Of a stretch of DNA of 64,000 bases, positions 52,998-61,340 are shown in pieces. The position numbers were made by a program, and so were the translations under genes. The notes below the pieces were generated by a model. The model saw only the letters and a program-made list of their open reading frames with translations. It ran no database searches and had not been told where the DNA came from. The stretch's first letter is position 1, and each line of letters starts with the position of its first letter. Source of the stretch: Flavobacteriales bacterium (lineage in GTDB: Bacteria > Bacteroidota > Bacteroidia > Flavobacteriales_F > PHOS-HE28); the NCBI GenBank assembly GCA_041747675.1, contig JBGTES010000008.1:2779-66778 (forward strand), written 5' to 3'.

Positions 52998-54230
52998 TCA
53001 GAGCCCCTTCACCAGACGACGGGTGATGCGCCCACCATTGAATTCCAAGGTGACCACATAAACGCCGGGCGACCAGCCGCTGGCATCAACATCATATCCC
53101 AGCCACCCTTCCTGAATGACAAGGCTCTCCACCAACACCTGCCGCCCGGATGGATCGGCGATGGTGAGTCTGGCCAGACCGGAAGCATATCCACGCGACG
53201 CGATGCGGAACAGCCCTGTGGTCGGGTTGGGGTGTACCGTCAGGCCTGTGAGCCCCACGATCTGCACAATGCCCGTTGGGATACCCTCCTCGTCGGCATC
53301 GATCTCGCCGTCGCAGTTGTTGTCCACGCCCATGCCGGTGGGCGGCGCACCAGGGTACATGGAATCATCCGCGTCGTTGCAGTCATCGCCATTGGCCACA
53401 TATCCTTCAGGTTGCACGCAATCCGTCACGGTCACATCGGGATCACCGAAGCCATCACCATCGGCATCGGCATGGTAGACCATTTCCTCCGTCACGGTCA
53501 CCTCCATGGAATGGCTGTCTTCGGCAGGAGCGACGGCGGCGCCTTCCATGGCCACCACATGATAGGTGATGATATGGGTTCCGATCCCTGCGGCTTGTGG
53601 GTCGAACATGTCGCCTGTGACACCCGGGCCACTGAATCCACCGCCCTGGGTACCGGTGGGTACAAGGGTGACCGGTGCGTCATTCACACAAAGCGTATCC
53701 GGCAGGCCGGTGAAGGAGGGATCTGGCAAGATCACCAGGTCGAGCGAGACGTTCGCTTCGTTGTCGTTCTGCGCGATGGGCGGCAGGAAGCCACCGCAGG
53801 ACGCGGAAAAGGGCCAGTAGTTCACGTTTATCATCAGGTCGAGCCACACCACGAATACACCCGCTTCCGTGGGCGTGCCTTCAAGCCATCCACAGCCGTT
53901 GGCGGGAGGGGAATAGGAGGGGGCGGTGGTCTGGGCCGTCAGCCCGGCCGGCATGTCGTAGAAGTTGAACGAGTGCATCAGCGTGAGGCGCATCGAGGTG
54001 CCCGCCAGGTCGGGGGAAATGAGGCCCGCATCCACACAGGCGTTGGTGGCATGGAAGGAGAGCTGGTCATAATAGGCTTCGCCGACGCGGCCATCCGTGA
54101 TGGTGCTGTCGCACACACCGCCATAGGCCGGCAGGTTGTCCAGACAATCGACCGGTACGCACTGTGACGATGCGGAGTGGGCGATGAGCAGGAGGAAGAA
54201 TGGAAGTAGTGGGCGTATCGTTCGGACCAT
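52998..54230 (-). CDS. Secreted protein with MopE-like Asp/Cys-rich 'putative metal-binding' repeats and T9SS C-terminal sorting domain
   Basis: Signal is MVRTIRPLLPFFLLLIAHSASSQ. The repeats read DADGDGFGDPDVTVTDCVQPEGYVANGDDCNDADDSMYPGA and GVDNNCDGEIDADEE. The CTD reads VHPNPTTGLFRIAS...GVYVVTLEFNGGRITRRLVKGL. Confidence 0.75.
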   Translation of the reverse strand: MVRTIRPLLPFFLLLIAHSASSQCVPVDCLDNLPAYGGVCDSTITDGRVGEAYYDQLSFHATNACVDAGLISPDLAGTSMRLTLMHSFNFYDMPAGLTAQTTAPSYSPPANGCGWLEGTPTEAGVFVVWLDLMINVNYWPFSASCGGFLPPIAQNDNEANVSLDLVILPDPSFTGLPDTLCVNDAPVTLVPTGTQGGGFSGPGVTGDMFDPQAAGIGTHIITYHVVAMEGAAVAPAEDSHSMEVTVTEEMVYHADADGDGFGDPDVTVTDCVQPEGYVANGDDCNDADDSMYPGAPPTGMGVDNNCDGEIDADEEGIPTGIVQIVGLTGLTVHPNPTTGLFRIASRGYASGLARLTIADPSGRQVLVESLVIQEGWLGYDVDASGWSPGVYVVTLEFNGGRITRRLVKGL

Positions 54231-54276
54231 GGTAGATGGGTGAAAAGGGGAGCGAATAAGCGTGGCAAGTTAGGGG

Positions 54277-54399
54277 CTATGTCGGGTGGGGAGCACCAGC
54301 GGAGGTCTTCCGCACCTTGTGCAGGAGATCAGGGTCCACGGCGTAGTTGGCCATGGCGAGCTTGCGCCATTCGGCATGGAGGAAGGCGCGTTCAGCCAT
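54277..54399 (-). pseudogene. Probable 40-codon remnant of a DUF2071-family gene
   Basis: MAERAFLHAEWRKLAMANYAVDPDLLHKV... resembles the conserved N-terminus of DUF2071 proteins (FLxAxWxxLxMxNYxVDPxxL). It terminates after about 40 aa in a 198-bp gap between two genes. Confidence 0.35.
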
Positions 54400-54428
54400 G
54401 GAACATCGGAGAAGCGGTCCATACCGAT

Positions 54429-55475
54429 CTACTTCCGTCCCCCCAGCACCCCGCACAAATGCCACAGCAAACGCGCTCCCACGTTGGCGTCCCATTCATC
54501 GTGCTTGCCGGGCGTCACTTCCACCAGGTCGAAGCCGATGATGGTGCGTTTGGAGGCAAGACGTGATAGGAGGTAAGTGGCCTCCTCGAATTGGAAGCCG
54601 CCAGGTACGGGTGTGCCGGTGTTTGGACAGAGGACGGGATCGAGACCATCAATGTCAAAGGTGATGTGGACCTTTTCCGGCAGTGCATCGATGATGGCGT
54701 CGCACTGCTCATGCCAGGTGACACCGTTGTACTGCTGGCGGCGTATATCGGCACTGCGCACCACTTTCACGCGACCCTTCTCCTTCAGGAAGACCTCATT
54801 CTCCTGCTCGCAGAAGTCGCGTATGCCAACGCAGTTGAAGGACATGATCTGTTTTAGTGCGAGTGCGTTGTACAGGATGCTCGCATGGCTGTATGTGAAG
54901 CCTTCGTATGCGATGCGCAGGTCGAGGTGGGCATCGATGCTGAGGATGCCGAACTCCTTGTGGCGCCCGGCCTGTGCGCGGAACAGCCCCAGCGGCGTGC
55001 TGTGGTCGCCGCCCAGCAAGCCCACTTTCTTGCCCTGGTCCATCCAGAACGCACAGCGCTGTTCAACCCACTCATTCATCACCTCGCATTCCTCGTTCAC
55101 CAGCTCCAGAGCTTTTTGGGCACGTGCCATCTTCTTCGCATCACCGCCCCCGACCAGCGCATCGATCACGCGTTGCGCCTCCTTCTTCAGCGCATCGCTC
55201 TGCTCCAGCAAGGCCTCGGGGATCTCGTCCAGCCAGATGCCGCGTTTCCACAGGTCCGGGAACTCGGGGTGGAAGAGGTCCACCTGAAGGCTGGCCTCCC
55301 TGATGGCCGCTGGTCCGCGGGAAGTGCCGCCCCCATAGCTGGTGGTCACTTCCCAGGGCACGGGCACGATGACGATCTCGCACTCACTTGCGGTGAAGGG
55401 AAGTCCGTACAGCCCGGCGTTCGCTGCAGCGGGGCTGTTGGGGTCGAAGGTCTTGATCTTGGCGGCTTTGCTCAT
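54429..55475 (-). CDS. Arginase/ureohydrolase family protein (formimidoylglutamase/agmatinase-like)
   Basis: The ATG at 55475 gives MSKAAKIKTFDPNSP. The Mn-binding blocks are GGDHSTPLG, ILSIDAHLDLR and ITFDIDGLDP. The exact substrate is not assignable by eye. Confidence 0.8.
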   Translation of the reverse strand: MSKAAKIKTFDPNSPAAANAGLYGLPFTASECEIVIVPVPWEVTTSYGGGTSRGPAAIREASLQVDLFHPEFPDLWKRGIWLDEIPEALLEQSDALKKEAQRVIDALVGGGDAKKMARAQKALELVNEECEVMNEWVEQRCAFWMDQGKKVGLLGGDHSTPLGLFRAQAGRHKEFGILSIDAHLDLRIAYEGFTYSHASILYNALALKQIMSFNCVGIRDFCEQENEVFLKEKGRVKVVRSADIRRQQYNGVTWHEQCDAIIDALPEKVHITFDIDGLDPVLCPNTGTPVPGGFQFEEATYLLSRLASKRTIIGFDLVEVTPGKHDEWDANVGARLLWHLCGVLGGRK

Positions 55476-55554
55476 GGGGATCTGTTCTGGCGACCAAGTT
55501 AGCCCCGTGGGTTTTCCCTCTTCGCTACCTTCGGCCACCCTCATTCCCAAGCTC

Positions 55555-56796
55555 ATGATCCGCCTCACCAGACTATTCATCGCCCTCTCCCTCCCGGCGC
55601 TCGTCGAACCTTCCGGTGTGATCGCCCAGGATGCCTACCCCGAGAACATCGCGGTCCCACTGTTCGTGGCCATGGGCGCCGCACAGCCGATCAGCGGTTA
55701 TGTGCGCAACGCCGCCCCCACGCCACTGACGGGTTTCAACACGGGCTGGCGCTGGAACAACGGACCCGTGCAAAAGGGCAATTTCCTCAACCTGGGGGGA
55801 GGCATCACGTCCAATAACATGGCCAAGTTCACCCATCCGATCCCCTTCCAACCCAGCATGGCCGGCAAGGGCACGTTGAAGGTGTGGGTGGAAGGTTCGG
55901 GCGACAATAACCGCAGGAATGATACGCTGACATTCAGTGTGACCGTGCTCGATCAATGGGTGAGCAAGCGCATCCTGATGGAAGTGCGCACCTCATTGAA
56001 TTGCCACAACTGCCAGATGGCCAAACCGAAGGTGGATGCCATGCTGGATGACCCCGGACTGGTGCTGGCCAAGTATCACTACAGGGATGATCTTACAGCC
56101 ACGGCACCCGATCGCTATTTCAACCAATACACAACGGAATTCACTCCTGCGGGGGTGATCGACCAGGGCGAATTCGGACGCTACACGCCCAACCCCAATC
56201 ACTCCCAATGGCAGAACCAGTTGAACGGACGGGTGAATGGTGTTTCCCCGGTATTGTGCTGGGTGGAGCCTGTGCTGGACAGCACGACGAACCGCCTTCA
56301 TGTGACGGTGGCCGCATCGTTCACCACCGCCATGCAGGGCGATTTCACGGTGAACGCCCTGGTGAAGGCCAATAACGTCTACGCCACAGGAGGGTCAGGG
56401 AAGCCCTGGCACCATGGTGTGGTGCGCGCCATGCTCGCCGGCCCCGATGGCGACGGTGAGGTGATCCCGGAACAGCCTGTGCCGGGCATCACCTATACGG
56501 TGACCTACGAAGTGAACATGCCCGATGGCGTGAAGGCATCCGACCTATGCATCACGGGCTACGTGACAGAGAACAAAGGCCTGGAACGCAATACCCTCAA
56601 CGCCCGAGATGCTTCCGTGAATGTGGGGGTCGTGGTGGAACGCACGGCGATGCTCCCTGCCGTGTCGTGGGGTGCGGGATCATTCCTTTCTTCTCCAGGG
56701 ACCCCAATGCCGGATGACGCGGGCCAACGGACTGAACGGTCCTGTGCCATCCTTTCATGTACCGCCCATCGTGTGCGACACCGCCGGATGGCATAA
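55555..56796 (+). CDS. Secreted protein, possibly Omp28-related/thioredoxin-fold-like
   Basis: The ATG at 55555 gives MIRLTRLFIALSLPALVEPSGVIAQ. It has an internal CxxC (LNCHNCQ). The last ~60 aa (AVSWGAGSFLSSPGTPMPDDAGQRTERSCAILSCTAHRVRHRRMA) have atypical composition. The family call is weak. Confidence 0.5.
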   Translation: MIRLTRLFIALSLPALVEPSGVIAQDAYPENIAVPLFVAMGAAQPISGYVRNAAPTPLTGFNTGWRWNNGPVQKGNFLNLGGGITSNNMAKFTHPIPFQPSMAGKGTLKVWVEGSGDNNRRNDTLTFSVTVLDQWVSKRILMEVRTSLNCHNCQMAKPKVDAMLDDPGLVLAKYHYRDDLTATAPDRYFNQYTTEFTPAGVIDQGEFGRYTPNPNHSQWQNQLNGRVNGVSPVLCWVEPVLDSTTNRLHVTVAASFTTAMQGDFTVNALVKANNVYATGGSGKPWHHGVVRAMLAGPDGDGEVIPEQPVPGITYTVTYEVNMPDGVKASDLCITGYVTENKGLERNTLNARDASVNVGVVVERTAMLPAVSWGAGSFLSSPGTPMPDDAGQRTERSCAILSCTAHRVRHRRMA

Positions 56797-56805
56797 GGCG
56801 GAACT

Positions 56806-58542
56806 TCAACCCAGGCGTCCCGGGCGCAACAACAGGAACAGGTCGGGCATGCTCCATGCGGGAAGGGCGATGGCTTTTCCGCGTAGGCTTATCTCGGCCG
56901 GAGCGGGAGGGGCTTCCTCCTCCTCGCTCGCTTCTTCCTTTTCGACCTCTGCTGGCTGGGTCACTTCACCGGGTGTGGCCTCCTTACTCAGTCCATGGGG
57001 GGTCATCGTCCAGGTGCGGCCCACCATGTCCCGGTCCAGCGTGTTGGTCACGTTCTTCACATCGTCCAGCATGAAGCCGATATCCTCATGGAAACGGACA
57101 GCCTTACCTAGTGGGACCTGTACAACGAAACGTATGCGCTGACCGCGGATCTTGTCAGCCTTGGGCCAGGCCAGCCAGGGCGACAGGGTTAGCACATCGC
57201 CATCCTGATGCACGCCGATGGAGATGTTGCCCGAACGGTGCAACGCGGTCTTGGCGTTGCGGGCCTGGGTGCGGCGTTCCACCAGCAGATGGAATTTGTC
57301 ATCGGGACTGCGCCGCACATCCAGTCTGGCCCACGCGCCACGCACGCTGTCGCCTGCCATGTCGAGGAAGTCAAGGTCCACGCCCATGTGGCGGCGCTTG
57401 CCACGATGACCCCAATGGCTGCTGTATGCGTCCAGGATTTCGGCAGGGTGGAGGTGCAACACATCGTTCACGGGCTGGTCGATGTGAACTTCGTTACGCA
57501 GCAGTTCCGTACGGCGGAAGTCACTGCCGAGCCGCGCGCCGATGAAGATGGCGGCGATGAGTGCGATGATCCACAAGGGAACCAATGTCCAACCCAGCCA
57601 ACGAGGCGCACGCAGCCCCAGCAGGAGTTGAAGACCTGCCGTGAGGATCCCGATCACCGGAATAAGCATCACCAGGAAAAGTGCCAGTGCGAACCATAGG
57701 GCCTGGGTCGTTGATGCGAAGATGAGTCCGGCGGTCTCATACAGCCCCAGACCGCTGCCGAACCCGATGACGCCACCGCCCACCACAGCGCTCAGAAGGC
57801 TGACCGCCAATCCCACACCGATCACCAGCAGCACAAGCCCCACCACCCTGCCGATCACCTCGGCCGTGCCGGTGGCGGCGCGGCGCGTATGGCTGCGGAA
57901 GGCCGCCCTGTGCTTTTTGCCCTCCTCGCCGGACCATTTCTTGCCGAGTTCATCCACCTCGTTGGCCACGCGTTTCGTGCCTTCCTCGAAGGTCCGCTTC
58001 AGGTTGTCCACCGTCACCGGTTCACCCTCCATCATCAGCCGGTCTGCCGCGGAACTCGCCACGGGTATCAAGATCCACAACAGGATGTACAGGACCACCG
58101 GACTGCCCACACCCAGCACCAGCAGTGCGATGAAGGCGAGGCGCAACCAGAGCGGATCCATACCGATGTACGCTGCGATACCACCGAGTACCCCGCCTAT
58201 CCAACGGTCGTCCGGATCACGGAACAGACGCTTGTAACGGCGGCCACGTGCGGTTTCCGGACCGTTGTCATCGCCGCCGGGAGCCATGTAATCCTCGGGC
58301 TGCCCCATCACACCGATCACGTGTTCCACGTCCGCCAGTGTCACGACTTCGCCGCGTCCTTCCAAACGCTCGGTGAACAGTTCGGCGATGCGCGACTCGA
58401 TGTCGGCCATGATCTCATCACGGCCCGGGCTGCCATCGAACTGGCCCCGGATGTTGGCGAGGTAGCGGTTGAGGGCCTCGTAGGCATCCTCCTCGATGTG
58501 GTACACCGTGCCGCTGATGTTGACTGTGAGGGTCTTTTTCAT
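56806..58542 (-). CDS. PspC-domain membrane protein (long form)
   Basis: The N-terminus is MKKTLTVNISGTVYHIEEDAYEALNRYL. The PspC domain reads RLFRDPDDRWIGGVLGGIAAYIGMDPLWLRLAFIALLVLG. Several further TM segments and a large C-terminal domain follow. Confidence 0.85.
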   Translation of the reverse strand: MKKTLTVNISGTVYHIEEDAYEALNRYLANIRGQFDGSPGRDEIMADIESRIAELFTERLEGRGEVVTLADVEHVIGVMGQPEDYMAPGGDDNGPETARGRRYKRLFRDPDDRWIGGVLGGIAAYIGMDPLWLRLAFIALLVLGVGSPVVLYILLWILIPVASSAADRLMMEGEPVTVDNLKRTFEEGTKRVANEVDELGKKWSGEEGKKHRAAFRSHTRRAATGTAEVIGRVVGLVLLVIGVGLAVSLLSAVVGGGVIGFGSGLGLYETAGLIFASTTQALWFALALFLVMLIPVIGILTAGLQLLLGLRAPRWLGWTLVPLWIIALIAAIFIGARLGSDFRRTELLRNEVHIDQPVNDVLHLHPAEILDAYSSHWGHRGKRRHMGVDLDFLDMAGDSVRGAWARLDVRRSPDDKFHLLVERRTQARNAKTALHRSGNISIGVHQDGDVLTLSPWLAWPKADKIRGQRIRFVVQVPLGKAVRFHEDIGFMLDDVKNVTNTLDRDMVGRTWTMTPHGLSKEATPGEVTQPAEVEKEEASEEEEAPPAPAEISLRGKAIALPAWSMPDLFLLLRPGRLG

Positions 58543-58598
58543 GATGAGGGACGCTGGGCGTATTTGATCGGGCCGGGGGCGTTTGTTCTTGTGGGTGG

Positions 58599-58928
58599 TC
58601 AGTTCCTACGGGTGGTCTCTTTCACGGCCTGGGCGAGTTCCTCCCAGGTCTGGTCCAACTCGTCTAAAAATTTGCTGCCGAGCGGGGTGATCTTGTAGTA
58701 CTTGCGGGGTGGGCCGCTGCGCGATTCCTCCCAACGGTAGGTGAGCAGGCCGGCATCCTTCAAGCGGGTGAGCAGGGGATAAAGGGTCCCCTCCACCACG
58801 ATCAGTTTCGCCTCTTTCAACTTGGCGATGATGTCCGAAGGATAGGATTCGCCCTGCGCAAGCACGCCGAGTATGCAATACTCCAGCACGCCTTTGCGCA
58901 TCTGTGCCTTGGTGTTCTCAACGTTCAT
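58599..58928 (-). CDS. PadR family transcriptional regulator
   Basis: The ATG at 58928 gives MNVENTKAQMRKGVLEYCILGVLAQGESYPSDIIAKLKEAKLIVVEGTLYPLLTRLKDAGLL...RKYYKITPLG. Confidence 0.88.
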   Translation of the reverse strand: MNVENTKAQMRKGVLEYCILGVLAQGESYPSDIIAKLKEAKLIVVEGTLYPLLTRLKDAGLLTYRWEESRSGPPRKYYKITPLGSKFLDELDQTWEELAQAVKETTRRN

Positions 58929-59096
58929 CGCCGTGCGCCGAACTTGGTCTTCGACATGGCAAAGATATGGGCATGGATTGGTACTATGCAAGACCATGTA
59001 CTATATATTGATGAATGGCTTCGCCGCGTGACGAACGGCACCGACCCGCGTCCGCATGTCCTGCACGGCTACCTTTCGCCCACAAGTTCCCATCCC

Positions 59097-59471
59097 ATGC
59101 GCAGGCACTTATGGAAGGTCGTGTTGGTCTCTATGGTGCTCCTTGTTGGTGTGGTCTACTTCAAGTATTTCTGGGTCTTCGGCACCGGTGTGAAGGCCGG
59201 CGAGTTGAACTACGTGGTGCACAAGGGGGTGCTGTTCAAGACCTATGAGGGGAAGATGGTGCAGACCGGCATCCGTAGCCAGCATGGCACATTCGAGAGC
59301 TTTGAGTTCAGTTTCTCCGTCGACGATGCCACCGTGGCGCAGGAACTGATGGTGAACAGCGGCAAGCAATTCAACCTCCACTACCGGGAATATCTGGGTG
59401 CCCTTCCCTGGCGGGGGCACACGAAATACGTGGTGGACAGCATCATCTCCATGGGACCCGTGGTGCGTTGA
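59097..59471 (+). CDS. Conserved hypothetical small membrane-anchored protein
   Basis: The ATG at 59097 gives MRRHLWKVVLVSMVLLVGVVYFKYFWVFGTGVKAGELNYVVHKGVLFKTYEGK...HYREYLGALPWRGHTKYVVD. From memory, the pattern is conserved in Flavobacteriia. The function is unknown. Confidence 0.6.
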   Translation: MRRHLWKVVLVSMVLLVGVVYFKYFWVFGTGVKAGELNYVVHKGVLFKTYEGKMVQTGIRSQHGTFESFEFSFSVDDATVAQELMVNSGKQFNLHYREYLGALPWRGHTKYVVDSIISMGPVVR

Positions 59472-59511
59472 GGGGACCGGGCGGCAATGGAACAAAGTCT
59501 AATTTGCCGGG

Positions 59512-61311
59512 ATGCGTGCGACGGGATACGGAGTGTATATGGTCATCCTCCTGCTCATGGTATTGGCGATAGTGGCTTGGATCGCGTCGCGCTGGGTGCA
59601 TGCCCGTGTGCCGGGCCACCTGAACACAGCGGCCCCTAATGGTGATGAGGAGCGCTATTCGATGGCGTTCCAAGCCCGTGTGCAGGGCGACCTTGGTGTC
59701 CTGGCAGGGGTATCGGGCATAGTGGCCGGAATGCTGTTATGGATGCGGGACCAGCTCGTTGTGGTGGCCACTCCCGCCCTGCCAGGCGGCGTCTGGGGCC
59801 GGTTCCGCACCGACCTGCGCGAGGTGTGGCACCGCTACACGAAGCGCACCTCCTTCGCGCACAAGCGCTCTGTGCTGTTGCTGATCCTTGCCGGAGTCGC
59901 ACTGCGCGCCTGGCTGCTGCCAGCAGCGATCACATACGACGAGGCCTTCACCTGGACCTACTATGCCAGCCGGCCTGTGCATGTCATCGTCAGCGACTGG
60001 ACCTATCCCAATAACCATGTGCTTCACAACTTGTTGGTGAAGCTCTCCACATCGCTCTTTGGGTTGGGGACCATATCGCTACGTCTGCCCGCCTTCGTAG
60101 CGGGGGTGTTGGTGATGCCCCTGTTCTACCTTTTCGTGCGTGCCACCTTCAACCGCTACATCGCCTTGATGGCCCTTGCGCTGGTGGCCTCCTCCGGCCC
60201 GCTCATCGAGTATAGCGCGTTGGCCCGGGGGTACAGCCTCACCTGGCTGTGCATGGTGACCGCTTTGCTGTTGGGCCGGCACTTTGTGAAGGAGAACAAC
60301 GCCGTGAGTGCGATCCTTCTGGGAGTGGTCCTCGCATTGGGCATGTGGTCCGTCCCCACCATGGCATACATGGTGGGGACGGTGTATCTGTATATCATTT
60401 TCCAACTGATGTTGCGCTATCGCAAGAGCCTGGATGGCCGCCTGCGCGTGCTGGTGGTGAGCGTGCTGCTCTTCTCGGGTCTTACCACCCTGATGTACCT
60501 GCCAGCGATCATGACCTATGGGCCTGCCTTCATGCTGCACCACGGATCGCCCAACGAAGCGGGTTGGGTCACATTCAGCCGGACCCATGCCGAAGGTGCA
60601 CTGGAACTGAACGCCTACCTGATGCAGTCCTCCTGGACCTGGGTGGCCTTCGCGGGACTGGCGGGGATACTGGTATCGGGCTACTTGTCCGCGCGCTACC
60701 GCATGCTGTTGATCGCGCTGGGCCTGGGGGCCATTCCCCTGGTGCTCTTGCAGGCCACCGTCGCGCCTCCCCGGGTTTGGCTGTACATCGTTCTTATCGC
60801 CCATCTTGGCGTGGCCATCGCGCTTTTCTACCTGCTGAAATGGATGCAGGAGCGCTTCTTCAAGGGTATGGGCAAGCGTACCCGCGTGGCGGCGGCCAGC
60901 ATGGTGTTGCTGGTCATCGGGGCGGTCCCGGCCATCCGCGTACTTCCCGATCGCATCGAGCGGTATGAGGAGGCGCGTCAGGCGGCCGAGTACCTCATGC
61001 AAGCCACCGAACCGGGCGATCGGGTGTACACCGAGTTCCCCTGGGAGGCCCCGATCGAGTTCCACGCCATGGCGCTGGGTATGCCACGCCAGATCTTCCA
61101 TGCCAGACCGGGAGCCGGGAACCTGCGCTTCGTAGCCGCCAGCCCTACGGATGGCCAGCGTTGGACCCGTGTGTTGGACCACCACGGAGTGGATACCCTG
61201 GAATGGTCGCAGGTGGAGATAGTGCTGGAACGGCCGCGATTGGAGATCTTCGCGGCCCGAAAGGCAGCACCGGATACTTCCGGGGTGCCTGCGGAAGACA
61301 CATTCCATTGA
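59512..61311 (+). CDS. GT-C fold glycosyltransferase, family 39 / ArnT-PMT-like
   Basis: There are about 11-12 TM segments. The first periplasmic loop reads ITYDEAFTWTYYASRPVHVIVSDWTYPNNHVLHNLLVK (acidic DE motif). A soluble domain of about 130 aa lies at the C-terminus. Confidence 0.75.
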   Translation: MRATGYGVYMVILLLMVLAIVAWIASRWVHARVPGHLNTAAPNGDEERYSMAFQARVQGDLGVLAGVSGIVAGMLLWMRDQLVVVATPALPGGVWGRFRTDLREVWHRYTKRTSFAHKRSVLLLILAGVALRAWLLPAAITYDEAFTWTYYASRPVHVIVSDWTYPNNHVLHNLLVKLSTSLFGLGTISLRLPAFVAGVLVMPLFYLFVRATFNRYIALMALALVASSGPLIEYSALARGYSLTWLCMVTALLLGRHFVKENNAVSAILLGVVLALGMWSVPTMAYMVGTVYLYIIFQLMLRYRKSLDGRLRVLVVSVLLFSGLTTLMYLPAIMTYGPAFMLHHGSPNEAGWVTFSRTHAEGALELNAYLMQSSWTWVAFAGLAGILVSGYLSARYRMLLIALGLGAIPLVLLQATVAPPRVWLYIVLIAHLGVAIALFYLLKWMQERFFKGMGKRTRVAAASMVLLVIGAVPAIRVLPDRIERYEEARQAAEYLMQATEPGDRVYTEFPWEAPIEFHAMALGMPRQIFHARPGAGNLRFVAASPTDGQRWTRVLDHHGVDTLEWSQVEIVLERPRLEIFAARKAAPDTSGVPAEDTFH

Positions 61312-61340
61312 GCCTCATACGGGGACAGCATCCACAGAAC

